A DNA stretch of 64,000 nucleotides. Origin: Candidatus Omnitrophota bacterium (GTDB lineage Bacteria > Omnitrophota > Gorgyraeia > Duberdicusellales > 4484-171). Below are positions 63,175-64,000 of the stretch, one piece after another. Position numbers and translations under genes: made by a program. A model generated the notes under the pieces. The model did not search any database. It was not told the DNA's origin and was given only the letters and a program-made list of their open reading frames with translations. The stretch is taken from assembly GCA_016935525.1 (NCBI GenBank), contig JAFGQU010000021.1, forward strand, positions 15,028 through 79,027, written 5' to 3'. Every line of letters starts with the position of its first letter. Within the stretch, counting starts at the first letter, position 1.

Positions 63175-64000
63175 TCAAGAAAATGTAAATACTATTCCTA
63201 AAAAAACAACATAACCGAGCAATAACACCATGCCTTCAAACCGGCTTATTTTATTTTTTGTCTTCATAACCGCAAAAAGAAGAATACTGAAAAGAATCAA
63301 TACCGGCAACTCGAATTTTAATGCCGAAGAGCCGATAGATAACGGCTCGATACAGGCAACTATCCCTAACACAAAGATGATGTTGAATATATTACTCCCT
63401 ACGATATTGCCGATACTGATCGCGGGCACTTTTTTAAACGCCGCGGTAAGCGATGCGGCAAGTTCCGGCAATGAAGTACCTACCGCAAACATGGTCATTG
63501 CGATGATCCAGGGGCTTATCCCCAGAATCTTTGCTAACGTCACGCCGGATGAGACCATCACATAACTGCCGGCGATGATAGCCGAAAGCGAGATGAGAAA
63601 AAATATCATAATACCCCATCGTGAACGGGTCCGTTCGATAATAGGATAGAACCGGAAATGAGAGATATCGTCTTCAAGAAAAACCGGATTTTGAGCCGAT
63701 TTGAAAGAAAAATAACAGAACGCGATAAAAAGAAGGATAAACACTATCCCCTCCCAACGTTGGATCACCAGGTCAAGACTGAATATATAAAGAAGGACGG
63801 TCACAACTATCATAAACGGAGTCTCCCGCCGCAGGATACTGCGCTCTACCGTAAGCGGCGTAAATAGCGCGCAGAGACCAAGAATGAGCCCGATATTAGC
63901 GATATTACTGCCGACGATATTACCTAACGCGATCGCCGATTGTTTTTCAAATGCGGCGAGGATACCTACACCCGCTTCCGGCGCGCTGGTCCCGAACGCG
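63175..64000 (-). CDS. Na+/Ca2+ (CaCA-family, YrbG-like) antiporter, 5'-partial (continues past the window end)
   Basis: The track ORF 63175..63813 starts at an internal Met. The frame continues upstream through 64000 with the first alpha-repeat GTSAPE...GNIVGSNIANIGLILG, and the second alpha-repeat GTSLPE...GNIVGSNIFNIIFVLG lies downstream. Confidence 0.8.
   Translation of the reverse strand, partial: AFGTSAPEAGVGILAAFEKQSAIALGNIVGSNIANIGLILGLCALFTPLTVERSILRRETPFMIVVTVLLYIFSLDLVIQRWEGIVFILLFIAFCYFSFKSAQNPVFLEDDISHFRFYPIIERTRSRWGIMIFFLISLSAIIAGSYVMVSSGVTLAKILGISPWIIAMTMFAVGTSLPELAASLTAAFKKVPAISIGNIVGSNIFNIIFVLGIVACIEPLSIGSSALKFELPVLILFSILLFAVMKTKNKISRFEGMVLLLGYVVFLGIVFTFS

Overview
This 64-kb bacterial chromosomal window has a moderate overall GC content and one conspicuously AT-rich insert of about 9 kb. 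The gene content points to an anaerobic, poorly characterised lineage: a MinD-ferredoxin/NifX-like/DUF5320 cluster behind a Fur-family regulator, Rex with its operators, a pair of peptidase-U32 paralogues, and a stand-alone GMP-synthase ATP-pyrophosphatase subunit. Recognisable core genes are carB, a guaA-type PP-loop subunit, serC-serA, rex, dnaX-recR, a SuhB-like phosphatase and tRNA-Asn(GTT). Accessory content is larger. It includes a type I R-M system (hsdR-fic-hsdM-hsdS) with an embedded class-II Fic and a co-oriented XRE-ImmA/IrrE plus DUF4411 pair; RadC and a REP-associated tyrosine transposase (RAYT) with REP hairpins flank this island. There is also a zeta-toxin-like P-loop kinase cassette, an SPFH protein, a GH15 plus GT4 sugar pair, a GGDEF-PAS-PilZ cyclase, a CsgG-like lipoprotein cluster, and an AttFGH-like ABC transporter whose AttH/CrtC-like domain is fused to a polyprenyl synthase. 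A Cache histidine kinase with two single-domain response regulators and many small secreted or membrane proteins complete the picture. Two non-coding patterns stand out. First, a dispersed family of heptanucleotide-periodic tandem-repeat arrays occupies more than ten intergenic spacers. Second, the tRNA-Asn locus carries an upstream partial copy of the tRNA 5' end and two downstream tandem units of about 185 bp, each ending in the tRNA 3' end followed by its own intrinsic terminator. Gene orientation switches from mostly minus to mostly plus at the tRNA (about 30.7 kb).
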